A stretch of 64,000 nucleotides of DNA from Thermodesulfovibrionales bacterium (GCA_044450345.1 JBIOIY010000004.1:1-64000), one strand, 5' to 3'. Shown: positions 28,133 to 37,814, numbered from the stretch's first letter. The notes: generated from the sequence alone by a model not told the origin. A program made the numbers and translations.

Positions 28133-28873
28133 TTAAGAAGTGGCCTTCAGATATTCTTTTGTGACCTCTTGAGGGTCTCCGCACATCCTGGGCGAGCCAC
28201 GGTGCATCCATAAGACACTGTTGCAAAGTTTCCTGACGTCTTCCATGGTGTGAGAGACGAAAAGCATCGTGACCCCCTTTTCTCTGAAGCGTGAGATCCT
28301 TTCCTTGCACTTCTTCTTGAAATGTTCGTCACCGACAGCCAGGATCTCGTCGATGATGAGTACCGCCGGATCGACTTCGGTCGCGATCGAAAAACCGAGT
28401 CTCGCGATCATCCCTGAGGAATATGTCTTCAGCGGGCTGTAAATAAAACCGCTGAGCTCGGAAAAATCCACGATCGCTTTAAACTTGTTGTCGATCTCCT
28501 TTTTCGAGAGTCCGAGGATCGAAGCATTGAGGTATATGTTTTCGGAGCCGGTGAGTTCCATGTCAAAACCTGCGCCGAGCTCTATGAGAGGGGCGATTTT
28601 GCCGCTCACGAAAACGCTCCCCGTTATAGGCTTCAGCACGCGGGCCACGACCTTCAGGAGCGTGCTTTTCCCCGCGCCGTTTGCGCCGATGATTCCGAGC
28701 GTCTCCCCTTTGCCGACCTCGAAGTTCACGTCCTTCAACGCCCAGAAATCCTCATAATCGGTCTTCCTGCCTTTTAGTTTCTGTATGAGAAATTCCTGAA
28801 GCGTCTTCGGTTTTTCCCTGGAAAGACGGTAGCGGACAGAGACGCCGGCAACGCGTATTGAAAGCTCACTCAT
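28133..28873 (-). CDS. wzt: Polysaccharide ABC exporter ATP-binding subunit, without C-terminal carbohydrate-binding module
   Basis: FWALKDV, G.NGAGKST Walker A, YSSGM.ARLGF signature, IIDE.LAVGD. Confidence 0.92.
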   Translation of the reverse strand: MSELSIRVAGVSVRYRLSREKPKTLQEFLIQKLKGRKTDYEDFWALKDVNFEVGKGETLGIIGANGAGKSTLLKVVARVLKPITGSVFVSGKIAPLIELGAGFDMELTGSENIYLNASILGLSKKEIDNKFKAIVDFSELSGFIYSPLKTYSSGMIARLGFSIATEVDPAVLIIDEILAVGDEHFKKKCKERISRFREKGVTMLFVSHTMEDVRKLCNSVLWMHRGSPRMCGDPQEVTKEYLKATS

Positions 28874-28909
28874 TCCGAAGAACCGCAGGTGACATGTCTC
28901 TGCCCATGA

Positions 28910-29695
28910 TCACAGATGGTAAACCACCCTGTCTTTATATCTGTCGTAAATAAACCAGCCGGCAGACAACGCGACGAGGGAACACAAAAATGCATAGAGG
29001 AGTTTTTCATAAAAAAAAGGGACATCCATGTATAAGACACCCCTGAAGATACTTATAAAATAGTACATGGGGTTCAGCTGGAAGATGATCCTGAATTTTT
29101 CAGGGACTATCGACTCAGGGAAAAACACAGGGGTCATATACATCCAGGCGAGCAGGCCGACTTCATAAATATAAATCGTATCATGGAAAAAAACAGTCAG
29201 CGTCGAGAGGATGAGCGAAACGCCGACGCAAAAAAGCCCTGCCATGATGACCACCAGCGGAAGCATGACGATATGGCCGTGCATCGGGGTGCCGGTCAGA
29301 TAAAAGATGAGGAAGAGCGGGACAAGGGAGAAGACGAAATTAACAACGGCGGACATCACTACGGACAGCGGGAAAATGGCCTTCGGGAGATATATCTTCT
29401 TGATAAGATTGCTGTTGGTCAGAAGGCTTTTGAGAGCCGAAGAAGTGCTCTGCGAGAAGAAGTTCCACAGGATGATTCCCGAAAGCAGGTAGGAGGTATA
29501 GTTCTTGGTAGCGACCTTGAAGATCTCGGAAAAAACCATGTTGAGAATGAGCATCATGAACAACGGGTTGAGCATGACCCAGAGGAACCCGAGAACAGAC
29601 CTCTTGTAGCGCACCTTAATGTCCCGCATAACCAGATTTCTCAGGAGTTCCTTATATCTGAGGATGTCGAATATTTCGTTATTATACATTGCCAT
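28910..29695 (-). CDS. wzm: Polysaccharide ABC exporter permease
   Basis: RDIKVRYK.SVLG.LW..LNP, TPVFFP, NP motif, about 6 TM helices. Confidence 0.92.
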   Translation of the reverse strand: MAMYNNEIFDILRYKELLRNLVMRDIKVRYKRSVLGFLWVMLNPLFMMLILNMVFSEIFKVATKNYTSYLLSGIILWNFFSQSTSSALKSLLTNSNLIKKIYLPKAIFPLSVVMSAVVNFVFSLVPLFLIFYLTGTPMHGHIVMLPLVVIMAGLFCVGVSLILSTLTVFFHDTIYIYEVGLLAWMYMTPVFFPESIVPEKFRIIFQLNPMYYFISIFRGVLYMDVPFFYEKLLYAFLCSLVALSAGWFIYDRYKDRVVYHL

Positions 29696-29855
29696 TGCCG
29701 TGCCCCGGTTTGATATTATACAGCATCCGCCCCGTCTTCTTCACTAATGTCCCTACGTCTCTAAAACGGTGAAACCCTTCCCCCGGCTGTGCTAAACTCT
29801 TACATGGTTCAAGAGTCCGGACTGATTTTAATTGCAATGAAAAGGACCTGAACAA

Positions 29856-30959
29856 TTGAAGATAGGCGTCAATGCAACATTCCTTGGCGAAAAACCGACC
29901 GGGTTAGGGGTTTTCACACAAGAGATATCACGGTATCTTTCGGCCGTGAGCAGGGATTTTGTGGTATTTTCATCTGCTGCGCTTGAGGGGGTTCCCGAGG
30001 ATTTCGTCTATAGAGTCCCTCCTTCGATCAGGGGCTCCCTAAGATTCCGCGATAACCTCCTGCGGTTTGTGTACCTGAACCTTCGTCTGCCCTTGCTCTG
30101 CCGGAACAAAAAGATAGACGTCCTGTTTTGTCCGATGATAGAGTTCCCGTTCTTACCCCTTGTCCCGCTTGTTGTGCATATCCATGACCTGCACCCGATA
30201 CTGTTTTCAGCCCAGTTCAGGCGTGCCGCCGCCCACTTCAGATATTCACTGAAAAGGCTGGAGAAAGTCGCCGGGAGAGTGACCGTCTCGTCCGCGGCCG
30301 TGAAGAAAGAACTCCTTGCAGCTACAGGAATAAGGGAAGAGATAATCGATGTGGTCCCCCTTGCCTATAGCCGGGACCGGTTTTATCCGCAAGGACCCGA
30401 GGGAAGAAATGTTTTTTTCAAAAAATATTCGCTGAGGGGACGTTACATTCTCACCGTGGGAAATCTCTTCCCCTATAAAAATATCGACAGTCTGGTGGAA
30501 GCGTTTCTCACAATCAAGGATAAGGTCCCCCATTCACTCGTTATCGTCGGAAGAAAGGAGTATGCAGCCGGGCGGCCGTTGAATGACGAGAGGATACTGT
30601 ATACCGACTATGTGCCGGACGAAGACCTGCCTAAGTTTTATTCTTATGCCGACCTTCTCGTGCATCCCTCCCTGAGCGAGGGCTTCGGACTTACGCCTCT
30701 GGAGGCAATGGCCTGCGGCACCCCCGTCATTTCATCCACCGGGGGCTCCCTTAAAGAGGTCATAGGGGATTCGGGGATGTTCTTTGAGCCTGCTGATACC
30801 GGCTCTATGGGGCGGCTGATCGTCAGGGTATTAGGTGACGAGGGCCTGCGAAAGCGTCTGGTCGAAAAAGGATTTGCACAGACACTGAAATTCTCTTGGG
30901 AAAAAACCGCAGCCGGGATTATGGAGTCGTGCAGGAAGGCGCTGGAAGAGAAACAATGA
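29856..30959 (+). CDS. GT4 glycosyltransferase
   Basis: TGLG, IHDL, KN...L, PSLSEGFGLTPLEAMACGTPVI, FSWEK. Confidence 0.9.
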   Translation: MKIGVNATFLGEKPTGLGVFTQEISRYLSAVSRDFVVFSSAALEGVPEDFVYRVPPSIRGSLRFRDNLLRFVYLNLRLPLLCRNKKIDVLFCPMIEFPFLPLVPLVVHIHDLHPILFSAQFRRAAAHFRYSLKRLEKVAGRVTVSSAAVKKELLAATGIREEIIDVVPLAYSRDRFYPQGPEGRNVFFKKYSLRGRYILTVGNLFPYKNIDSLVEAFLTIKDKVPHSLVIVGRKEYAAGRPLNDERILYTDYVPDEDLPKFYSYADLLVHPSLSEGFGLTPLEAMACGTPVISSTGGSLKEVIGDSGMFFEPADTGSMGRLIVRVLGDEGLRKRLVEKGFAQTLKFSWEKTAAGIMESCRKALEEKQ

Positions 30960-32080
30960 AGATACTCCATATACTTTATGAAAGTAAGGGTGACTATTTT
31001 GGGATCGGCGGCGTGGGCATGCGTGCATACGAGATTTACCGGTATTTGAAGGAACGCCACGACATCACCCTCCTCTGCAAGAGATATCCGGGCGCCAAAG
31101 ACCGGGAGATAGACGGCTTGAGGCATATCTTTGCCGGCGCTGAGAGCGGGAACCTGACAAGGACTCTCCTGTCTTATGCCTTGAATTCGGCCCTTTTCGT
31201 GAAAAGAGAAGGGGAAAAGTTCGATGTTATCGTCGAGGAGTTTTCCCCTGCCGTCCCTGCCTTCCTCAATTTTTACAAAAAAAGACCTGTAGTGCTGCAG
31301 ATCCAGGGGTATACCGGGACAAAATATTTCGGAAAATACAACCCGTTATACTCTGCCGTTCTATATGCCCTCGAAAGGCTGAGGCCTTCATTCTACAGAA
31401 ATGTCTTGCTCGTATCGGACGTCACGCGGCAGAGGTACTCGCTGCATGGAGACCACACCTCTGTCGGGATGATACCCAACGGCATATCCCGGGAACTCCT
31501 CGGCTGCACGCCGGAAAAATCGGACTATGTTCTTTTTATGGGCAGGATAGACATCCACCATAAGGGGCTTGATGTTCTTCTCGATGCCTATAGAGAGTTC
31601 TCTCCCTTTTTCCCCGGAATAAGGCTGGCTGTTGCGGGAGACGGCAGGGACATGGAAAAATTCCGGGAGAGACTGATGAAGCTTCCCGGCCCCGTAAGGG
31701 AAAAGATAGAACTGCTCGGATGGGTCTTGGGGGATGAGAAGAAGGAGGCATTGCGCAAGGCACTGTTCGTGGTCTTCCCTTCACGGTATGAGGTGCAGCC
31801 CATATCTGTTCTTGAGGCGATGGCGTGCGGCAAGGCGGTAGTGGTGAGCGATATCCCCGAATGCTCTTTTGTCACGCAAAACGGAGCGGGGGTCGCCTTC
31901 AAATCAGGAGACCCGGCCTCGCTTGCCGTCTCGATGAAAGGGCTCGCAGCGAGCGCCGGCCTCGGCGAAATGGGGCTGAAGGGAAGGGAATGGGTCAAGG
32001 ATTTCACCTGGGACAGGATCGCCGAACAATATGAAGATTTCCTCCTGAAGGCAGTGCAGCGGCAAGGCCGTTTTCTGTGA
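30956..32080 (+). CDS. GT4 glycosyltransferase
   Basis: ATGA overlap with previous gene; IPNGI, GRI..HHKG.D, PSRYE...SVLEAMACGK. Confidence 0.9.
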   Translation: MKILHILYESKGDYFGIGGVGMRAYEIYRYLKERHDITLLCKRYPGAKDREIDGLRHIFAGAESGNLTRTLLSYALNSALFVKREGEKFDVIVEEFSPAVPAFLNFYKKRPVVLQIQGYTGTKYFGKYNPLYSAVLYALERLRPSFYRNVLLVSDVTRQRYSLHGDHTSVGMIPNGISRELLGCTPEKSDYVLFMGRIDIHHKGLDVLLDAYREFSPFFPGIRLAVAGDGRDMEKFRERLMKLPGPVREKIELLGWVLGDEKKEALRKALFVVFPSRYEVQPISVLEAMACGKAVVVSDIPECSFVTQNGAGVAFKSGDPASLAVSMKGLAASAGLGEMGLKGREWVKDFTWDRIAEQYEDFLLKAVQRQGRFL

Positions 32081-32090
32081 TGAGATGTCC

Positions 32091-33296
32091 TTATTCTGTG
32101 TAGATTATCGCTTTGATCTTCTCCTCATCTCTCAACTTGGCAGCCAATTTCACTGATTCCTTCCTGTCTTCTGACTTTCCGATCAACACCCGGTAGAGAG
32201 TCCCGTTGTCCTTACCGGTGCCTTTGCTCATGAAGGTATCGTATCCCTTGGCTTTAAATTGTTTAGCGAGCGCTGCGGCATTACTTTCACTTTTGAACAC
32301 GCCGAGCTGGACGGAATAGGTCTTCTTCCCGGCTGTTTTCGAAGAGGACTTTTCCGGGGAGGCTGCGGGCGCCGGTACAGGCACCTGCTCCTTCTTTGCG
32401 GCTGTTGAGGGTGCCGCCCTTTGGGCCGGGGCCGGAGGCGAAGGGACCGCCTTACTTTCAATGACGGGTTGCTGTTTCTGCTGTTCATTTGACGGGGTGG
32501 GTGACTCGGCGGGGGATTGAGCAGGCGAAGGAGAAGGCGCAGGAGCGGGTGCTTCGGCCTTCGGCCTTGCTGCCGTACTCATGGGTTTCACGGAGACGGA
32601 TTTTTTTGTTCCGGTGTAAAAGAGGAAACCTGCAATACCGGCTATCACGATGACCAGACCGGCAGCAACGACAGGGGAATTGCTTTTCTTTTTCCTGCGA
32701 GGCGTTCCCTCTTTAGGAGAGGCATCGTAAGAAAAGTCAGGAGCGATCTCCCGAGTCGGCCCGCCAGTACTTTCCCGCTCTTCATCGAACTCAGGTATCC
32801 CGGACATTTCAGGGGCCTCAAGCCGGGCGCCTTTGCCCTGCTGTGTGGCAGGAGCATTTAAAAAATCAGGCGTGCCACTCTCTTCTTTTTTGGGCACCCG
32901 CTCTTTTTCCTTGACGTGCAGCACGATGGGGGCCTTTGTAGAGAGGACCTTCACTGTTTTTTCAAGTAGCTTACCCGGAGTGCAGGGGACATCCAGAAAA
33001 TCGGCGACCCCGAAAGAAGCAACGTCGCGCAAGTCAATGCCGCTGGAGGGAGAGGTCAGCAAGATGATAGGGACCTTTTGCAGCGACTCGAACTCGTGGA
33101 TCGTTTTGCAGATTTCAAGCCCTGTTTCATCAGGATTTATGAATATGAGCGAGGGGCTGACTTTCTGCGCCATTTCCGTGCCGACGTCGCCGCCGGGGAC
33201 TGCAAAAACAAGATATCCTTCCGATTCAAGAGTCGACGCGATGAGCTGCTCTGTTTCGCTGTCTGCGTCGATTACAAGGATTGTTTTGCTTGCCAT
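32091..33296 (-). CDS. Bitopic membrane protein: degenerate receiver domain + TM + Pro/Ala linker + SPOR domain
   Basis: KTILVID...PSLIFIN...VPIILLT receiver fold; RRKKK then TM PVVAAGLVIVIAGIAGFLFY; YSVQLGVF....NA...LYRVLIG SPOR. Confidence 0.85.
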   Translation of the reverse strand: MASKTILVIDADSETEQLIASTLESEGYLVFAVPGGDVGTEMAQKVSPSLIFINPDETGLEICKTIHEFESLQKVPIILLTSPSSGIDLRDVASFGVADFLDVPCTPGKLLEKTVKVLSTKAPIVLHVKEKERVPKKEESGTPDFLNAPATQQGKGARLEAPEMSGIPEFDEERESTGGPTREIAPDFSYDASPKEGTPRRKKKSNSPVVAAGLVIVIAGIAGFLFYTGTKKSVSVKPMSTAARPKAEAPAPAPSPSPAQSPAESPTPSNEQQKQQPVIESKAVPSPPAPAQRAAPSTAAKKEQVPVPAPAASPEKSSSKTAGKKTYSVQLGVFKSESNAAALAKQFKAKGYDTFMSKGTGKDNGTLYRVLIGKSEDRKESVKLAAKLRDEEKIKAIIYTE

Positions 33297-33337
33297 GGTA
33301 AATCCCCCTTCAACTGGTTATCGGTATTCAGAGGGCC

Positions 33338-34366
33338 TCAAAGAGGTTCCCAATACTTGGAAGGCATATCTTGCGCGAGTTTGAGCGCGCCGTTTGATCC
33401 GGCAAACAGGGGCTCTTCGACGCATGATACCCTGCAGGGGCCGTATTCTTTCAGGGCGTCCTGGAGATATTCGCGGAGACCCCTTATAAGGCTGCCGCCG
33501 CCCGCCAGGACGATGTTGTTCTTTATCCTGACCTGGAATTCAGGATCGAACCGCGCGATCATCTCGGTCGTGGTCTCGGTGAGCGCCGGGAGAATGCTTT
33601 CGCAGGCCCTTTTGATCTCGTTCTTGATATCGTGCATGACCGGCTTGCCGTCGACGGGTATCTCCACCAGGACCTCTTCGGCCGTGTTTCCTACAAAACT
33701 GTATTTTTCTTTGAACAGACGCACCATGTTCTTGTTGAACTTCGAGTTCGGATACTTCTCGCTCAGATAACTGAAGAGCTGGTCGTCGATGTAATCCCCT
33801 GCGTTCAGTATGGTCTTCTGGTCTTCCTCGGCAGGGATCGCCCCGTGCATGATGCAGAAATCCGTTGTGCCGGCCCCTATATCGATTACGAGCGAGTTGT
33901 TCAAAAGGTTCATACCGTATGCGACCGCAAAGGGTTCGGTCACGACCATCAGGGCGTGGACGAATTCGGTCACGGCCTTTCTGATGGCGAGCTTGTTCAC
34001 CTTCAGGGTGTCGGCGGGCACGCCTACCACGGCGTGGATCTTCTGTTCCGGGTCAGGGCCTGCGAGCTCGATGAGGTGTTTTATGATCTCTTTCACGGCC
34101 TCTTCATTTTTGTCGATACCCTCCTTTATCACGCCGTGCTCAAGAGGCCTGCAGACGTCGAGGGAAAGCCTGTTCTGCAGGGCCTCGGCGCCGAACAGCA
34201 CCGGCTTGCCGACCACCTGCATCGAGATAAAGTCCTTGGGCCATCCCACGAAACTCTCGATCCACTCCCTCTTGCTGTTGCTTGCGGAGATGGCGCTCCT
34301 CGATGTACCGAGGTCGATCCCGACGAACAGGATATTATCTTTTTTCTGCGGATCCGTTTGCCTCAT
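33338..34366 (-). CDS. mamK: MamK-family actin-like ATPase (MamK-like; no magnetosome role shown)
   Basis: GIDLGTS, VGWPKD, AVVGVPA, EPFAVAYG, DIGAGTTD, LAGGGS, GAL.LA..MP..YW; motif order matches Magnetospirillum MamK as recalled, not MreB/FtsA. Confidence 0.8.
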   Translation of the reverse strand: MRQTDPQKKDNILFVGIDLGTSRSAISASNSKREWIESFVGWPKDFISMQVVGKPVLFGAEALQNRLSLDVCRPLEHGVIKEGIDKNEEAVKEIIKHLIELAGPDPEQKIHAVVGVPADTLKVNKLAIRKAVTEFVHALMVVTEPFAVAYGMNLLNNSLVIDIGAGTTDFCIMHGAIPAEEDQKTILNAGDYIDDQLFSYLSEKYPNSKFNKNMVRLFKEKYSFVGNTAEEVLVEIPVDGKPVMHDIKNEIKRACESILPALTETTTEMIARFDPEFQVRIKNNIVLAGGGSLIRGLREYLQDALKEYGPCRVSCVEEPLFAGSNGALKLAQDMPSKYWEPL

Positions 34367-35384
34367 AACTCAGTTCTCCTTTATTTAGGTAATCCAGTAT
34401 CCCGGCCTCAAGATAATGGGCGATGTTCTCTCTGTGCCCCGGGGTGTTGAGCAGCTGTTCCTCCTCCTTGTTGCTGAGACAGGAGACCTCCGCCAGCACT
34501 GCCGGGATGTCCACCCCGAGCAGGACAACGAAGGGCGCCCTCTTGACCCCGAAATCATACGCGTTTCCGTTGTCTTTCTTGAAGTTCAGGAAAAGCTTTT
34601 TCTGTATCGAATATGCGAGGCCTCTGGACTCCTGCGTCTTCAGCCTCTCGCCCAGTTTCTCGATGATCTCCTTGAAATCGCTCAGGCCGTACTGGGAACC
34701 GGCGTTCTCCTGCTCCGCAAGACGCTGGGTGCCGGTGTCGGAAGAGGGGCCGAAGTAATAGGTCTCGATTATGTTGATCGGCTTGTGAGGAAGATAATTA
34801 AGATGGATGGATATGAAGAGGTCCGTCTTCTTCGACATTGCGAGATCGACCCTCTTGTTGAGGGGCATGGTGACGTCCTGGTCGCGGGTCATCAGCACAT
34901 TAAAACGGCCGTACTTGTCGAGGCGGTCTTTCAGCCTTTTTGCGATATCCAGGGTGATGTCCTTCTCCAGCGTGCCCATTATTCCCTTTGTGCCGGAGTC
35001 TGCGCCGCCGTGTCCTGCGTCTATCATGATCGTTTTTACCCCTAAGCCGAAGGTGCGGCTGACGGACATATCGGGGTTGGTGATAAAGGCCCTGTAATCG
35101 GCCGCGTTTGCCTTGGGGCTCTGAGGAGGGGCCATGTGCTTTATCTCGCCTGCGGTCAACTGCCTCTCCGAAAGGAAGGAGTTGGAGACATAAGACCCGT
35201 GGACGAGGATCGCGACCGTCGAAATGAGCAGGGTCAGAAAAAACTTATTGAGAACAAAATGTTTTGAACGGGATACGGCCCAGTCGCCTTTGCCGATGAT
35301 CCTCAGGTTCTCTTCATAAACCCCCCTCAGCATCTCCTGCTTTATCCTGAGGTCGGTCCTTTTCCGCGAAAAAATAGAGATCAT
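34335..35384 (-). CDS. N-acetylmuramoyl-L-alanine amidase (Amidase_3) with N-terminal membrane anchor
   Basis: Zn and catalytic residues IDAGHGG, EKDITL, ISIHLN, LAEVS; AEQENA helix; hydrophobic FFLTLLISTVAILV near residue 50; 32-bp overlap with the actin gene. Confidence 0.9.
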   Translation of the reverse strand: MISIFSRKRTDLRIKQEMLRGVYEENLRIIGKGDWAVSRSKHFVLNKFFLTLLISTVAILVHGSYVSNSFLSERQLTAGEIKHMAPPQSPKANAADYRAFITNPDMSVSRTFGLGVKTIMIDAGHGGADSGTKGIMGTLEKDITLDIAKRLKDRLDKYGRFNVLMTRDQDVTMPLNKRVDLAMSKKTDLFISIHLNYLPHKPINIIETYYFGPSSDTGTQRLAEQENAGSQYGLSDFKEIIEKLGERLKTQESRGLAYSIQKKLFLNFKKDNGNAYDFGVKRAPFVVLLGVDIPAVLAEVSCLSNKEEEQLLNTPGHRENIAHYLEAGILDYLNKGELSYEANGSAEKR

Positions 35385-35396
35385 AACGTTAGCATC

Positions 35397-35425
35397 ACTT
35401 TACCAATTTGCGGGAAAAAATTCAA
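35397..35425 (-). promoter_or_regulatory. Sigma70-type promoter of the amidase-actin-SPOR operon
   Basis: TTGAAT-N17-TAAAGT with extended TG, 12 nt upstream of the amidase ATG. Confidence 0.65.
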
Positions 35426-35651
35426 TGGAATACCTTTGCGGTAAAAGGTTTTTCGGCCCGATCAGGGCTTTCTGATCATCATCGAAAAGTAAGAAATATT
35501 CTCGACAAACGGGCGTGACACTTATGACACTTTATTGGCGGGGCCTCTTTTTGCCCGCCAGCGGGTTTAGAAGCTGCGCGTCCCTTGTAGAATTCGTCGC
35601 CCTTCAGTGTCCGCAGGGTAAGAGGAATCAGCAGGCGAGTTTCATCACTGC

Positions 35652-36671
35652 CTACCCGTGCAGAAACTTGCTGATTTTTGCGGTAAAGAATTCCCTGCTG
35701 CAGATAGAGGTTATCAAACTATAGAGGTCTCCATTGCTCACTTTCCTAATGCGCATTACGGCCTTTCTCTTCTTCAACATCTTCGGCAGCAGCCTGAGTG
35801 CATCGAGTTTCGCCCTAACGTAGAGCTTTAGTCTCCCGTGCCTGACGACGAAAAAAAGAAATTCCAGGAGCGTCCCGAGAATATAGGCCGGAAGGCAGCG
35901 GATGAAGACCCACGAAGGGATGTTCTTCATTCTGGTCAGTTCACTGTTTCTCAATGAATAAAACACCGCGGTATCACTCATGTTTCCGATCGTGGAGCGG
36001 ACTTTGTGATGAACAACGGCTGAAGGGACGTACTTCACCTTCCAGCCGGCCAACTGCGCCCTCAAATTGAAATCGGCGTCTTCGTAAATCAAGAAAAAAT
36101 CCTCGTCCAGAAACCCGATCTCCTCGATCATTTTCCTCCTGTACATGGCAGCACCTGCACATGCACCGAATACATATTCGTTTTCATTATACAAGTGAGC
36201 AGGCTTGCCTTCGCCGCGCTTGAATCCTTTCAAATTAGACGAGAAGCCGTCTCCTGCGCTGTCAATCAAATCCGTGCCCGCAACGAGCATCTTCGTCGCG
36301 CAGATACCGACCGAGGTGTCTTTTTCCATCGCCGAGACAAGACCTGCAAGGCAGTCCTTGTCCGCTTCTACGTCATTGTTGAGGAGCATTATGAAACTGC
36401 CCTTGGCGTGCTTGATGCCCTCGTTGTTGGCGCCTGGGAAGCCTATGTTTGAGGGCAGCGCAACCACCTCGACTGCCGGGAAGTTTTCTCTAATATATTC
36501 TACTGAACCGTCAGCAGAGCCGTTGTCCACTGCAATTACCTCGATATCCTGAAGGGACTGGGCAAAGACGGACTCAAGGCAAAGCCGCAATAATTCCCGG
36601 CCGTTATAGTTGACGATGATTATCGAGATAAGCGGAAAACCCGTATATTTTTCTTTCTGAATAAATTTCAT
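35652..36671 (-). CDS. GT2 glycosyltransferase (rhamnosyltransferase-like)
   Basis: SIIIVNYNG, VDNGSADGS, N.GF..ANN.G, LLNND, DEDFFLIYEDAD. Confidence 0.88.
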   Translation of the reverse strand: MKFIQKEKYTGFPLISIIIVNYNGRELLRLCLESVFAQSLQDIEVIAVDNGSADGSVEYIRENFPAVEVVALPSNIGFPGANNEGIKHAKGSFIMLLNNDVEADKDCLAGLVSAMEKDTSVGICATKMLVAGTDLIDSAGDGFSSNLKGFKRGEGKPAHLYNENEYVFGACAGAAMYRRKMIEEIGFLDEDFFLIYEDADFNLRAQLAGWKVKYVPSAVVHHKVRSTIGNMSDTAVFYSLRNSELTRMKNIPSWVFIRCLPAYILGTLLEFLFFVVRHGRLKLYVRAKLDALRLLPKMLKKRKAVMRIRKVSNGDLYSLITSICSREFFTAKISKFLHG

Positions 36672-36678
36672 AAGTAGT

Positions 36679-37812
36679 TCACTGAATACTAAGGAGTGCA
36701 CCAAGGTATCTTTCGACAACCTCGAAGATCACAACGTCGGGTTTCTCCTGCTCAATCACCCGAAAATCCATCTTCGGTTTCCAAACATATACGCTCCTTG
36801 AGAAATTCTCTGACAGATACGGAATCAGCCCATCAGCAAAGGAATCTCTGAACATTACAAGCTTAGGCAGGCCTTTGTCGTTTGTCATTGCTCCCACAGT
36901 ATCGCATCCTGCCATTGATTCATAAGCTACCGGTATTGGTCTTGCCTCTTTCGCCATTTTGGGCTCAAGTATTATTTCCGGGTCGGTTATCGACCCCTGG
37001 ATGTTAATAAAGCCGGCCAGATCCGCTATGTCTCTGTTATTGCCTAGCCGGACAACAAAATCGGAGAGCTTCATTGGCGCCACTATGGGATAGAACGCTT
37101 TAACGTGCGTCATGATTTCTTCATATCCGAGGAAAGCGCCGAGATTGTTCCAGTGCGTGTCAGTTCGGTAATAAAGGGGATAAGAGTGAAGGCTTTTGTT
37201 TGACAGGAGTTTTTGGCGGAGATCGACAAGGTCTACGCCTGTCGCAATGAGACACTCGCTAACCTGGCCGATCCTGGTTATTTTGCCCCCCTTACGTGCT
37301 ACTGACAGAGGTAATTTTTCGGGATATATCGTGTGTTTGTTGGGTATTATCGCGACAATGAAATGAATTTTATTCGCCCGTAGCCGTTCATTCAGTTTTA
37401 TAATTTTATCTTTTATTTGCGCGAGTTCATCCGCAGTAAAGTTGGCTTCCCCGGCATAATCTTTCAGATTCACCCCGTCTTTAGGGTCGTCATAAAAGAG
37501 CCATTTGTCCTCTCCTATAACTACACGCTCTGTTGGTGAAGTGGCTGCCAGCCTGACATGCGACAGGCTGTTGAGTCTCACAAGGTAATTGCGAAAACCG
37601 AAGTGGTCATTGAAATACATTTCGTATTCTTTAGGGTAGCTCAGTACAGCACCAAGGCTGAAACGCTTCAGCACCGGTTTTTCGGAAAGAGTCCTGTTCT
37701 CAGTGCCTGGCTTCTCAGGAAATAGTGACAGGGTCATCTGTAGGAGCGGCAGCCACAGGATGATCATAAATAGTCCCCCGGCAAAAAGCGCACTTTTTTT
37801 AGAGATCTGCAT
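36679..37812 (-). CDS. AlgJ/AlgX-like SGNH O-acetyltransferase
   Basis: N-terminal TM, ENR.L, D.FGFR, P.K..IYPE, YYRTDTHWN..GA, RDSF, E.VER. Confidence 0.82.
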   Translation of the reverse strand: MQISKKSALFAGGLFMIILWLPLLQMTLSLFPEKPGTENRTLSEKPVLKRFSLGAVLSYPKEYEMYFNDHFGFRNYLVRLNSLSHVRLAATSPTERVVIGEDKWLFYDDPKDGVNLKDYAGEANFTADELAQIKDKIIKLNERLRANKIHFIVAIIPNKHTIYPEKLPLSVARKGGKITRIGQVSECLIATGVDLVDLRQKLLSNKSLHSYPLYYRTDTHWNNLGAFLGYEEIMTHVKAFYPIVAPMKLSDFVVRLGNNRDIADLAGFINIQGSITDPEIILEPKMAKEARPIPVAYESMAGCDTVGAMTNDKGLPKLVMFRDSFADGLIPYLSENFSRSVYVWKPKMDFRVIEQEKPDVVIFEVVERYLGALLSIQ

Positions 37813-37814
37813 CG

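Noticed and set aside
32091..35384. Magnetosome island
   Set aside because: Only a MamK-like actin is present; no other recognisable mam or mad genes lie in the window
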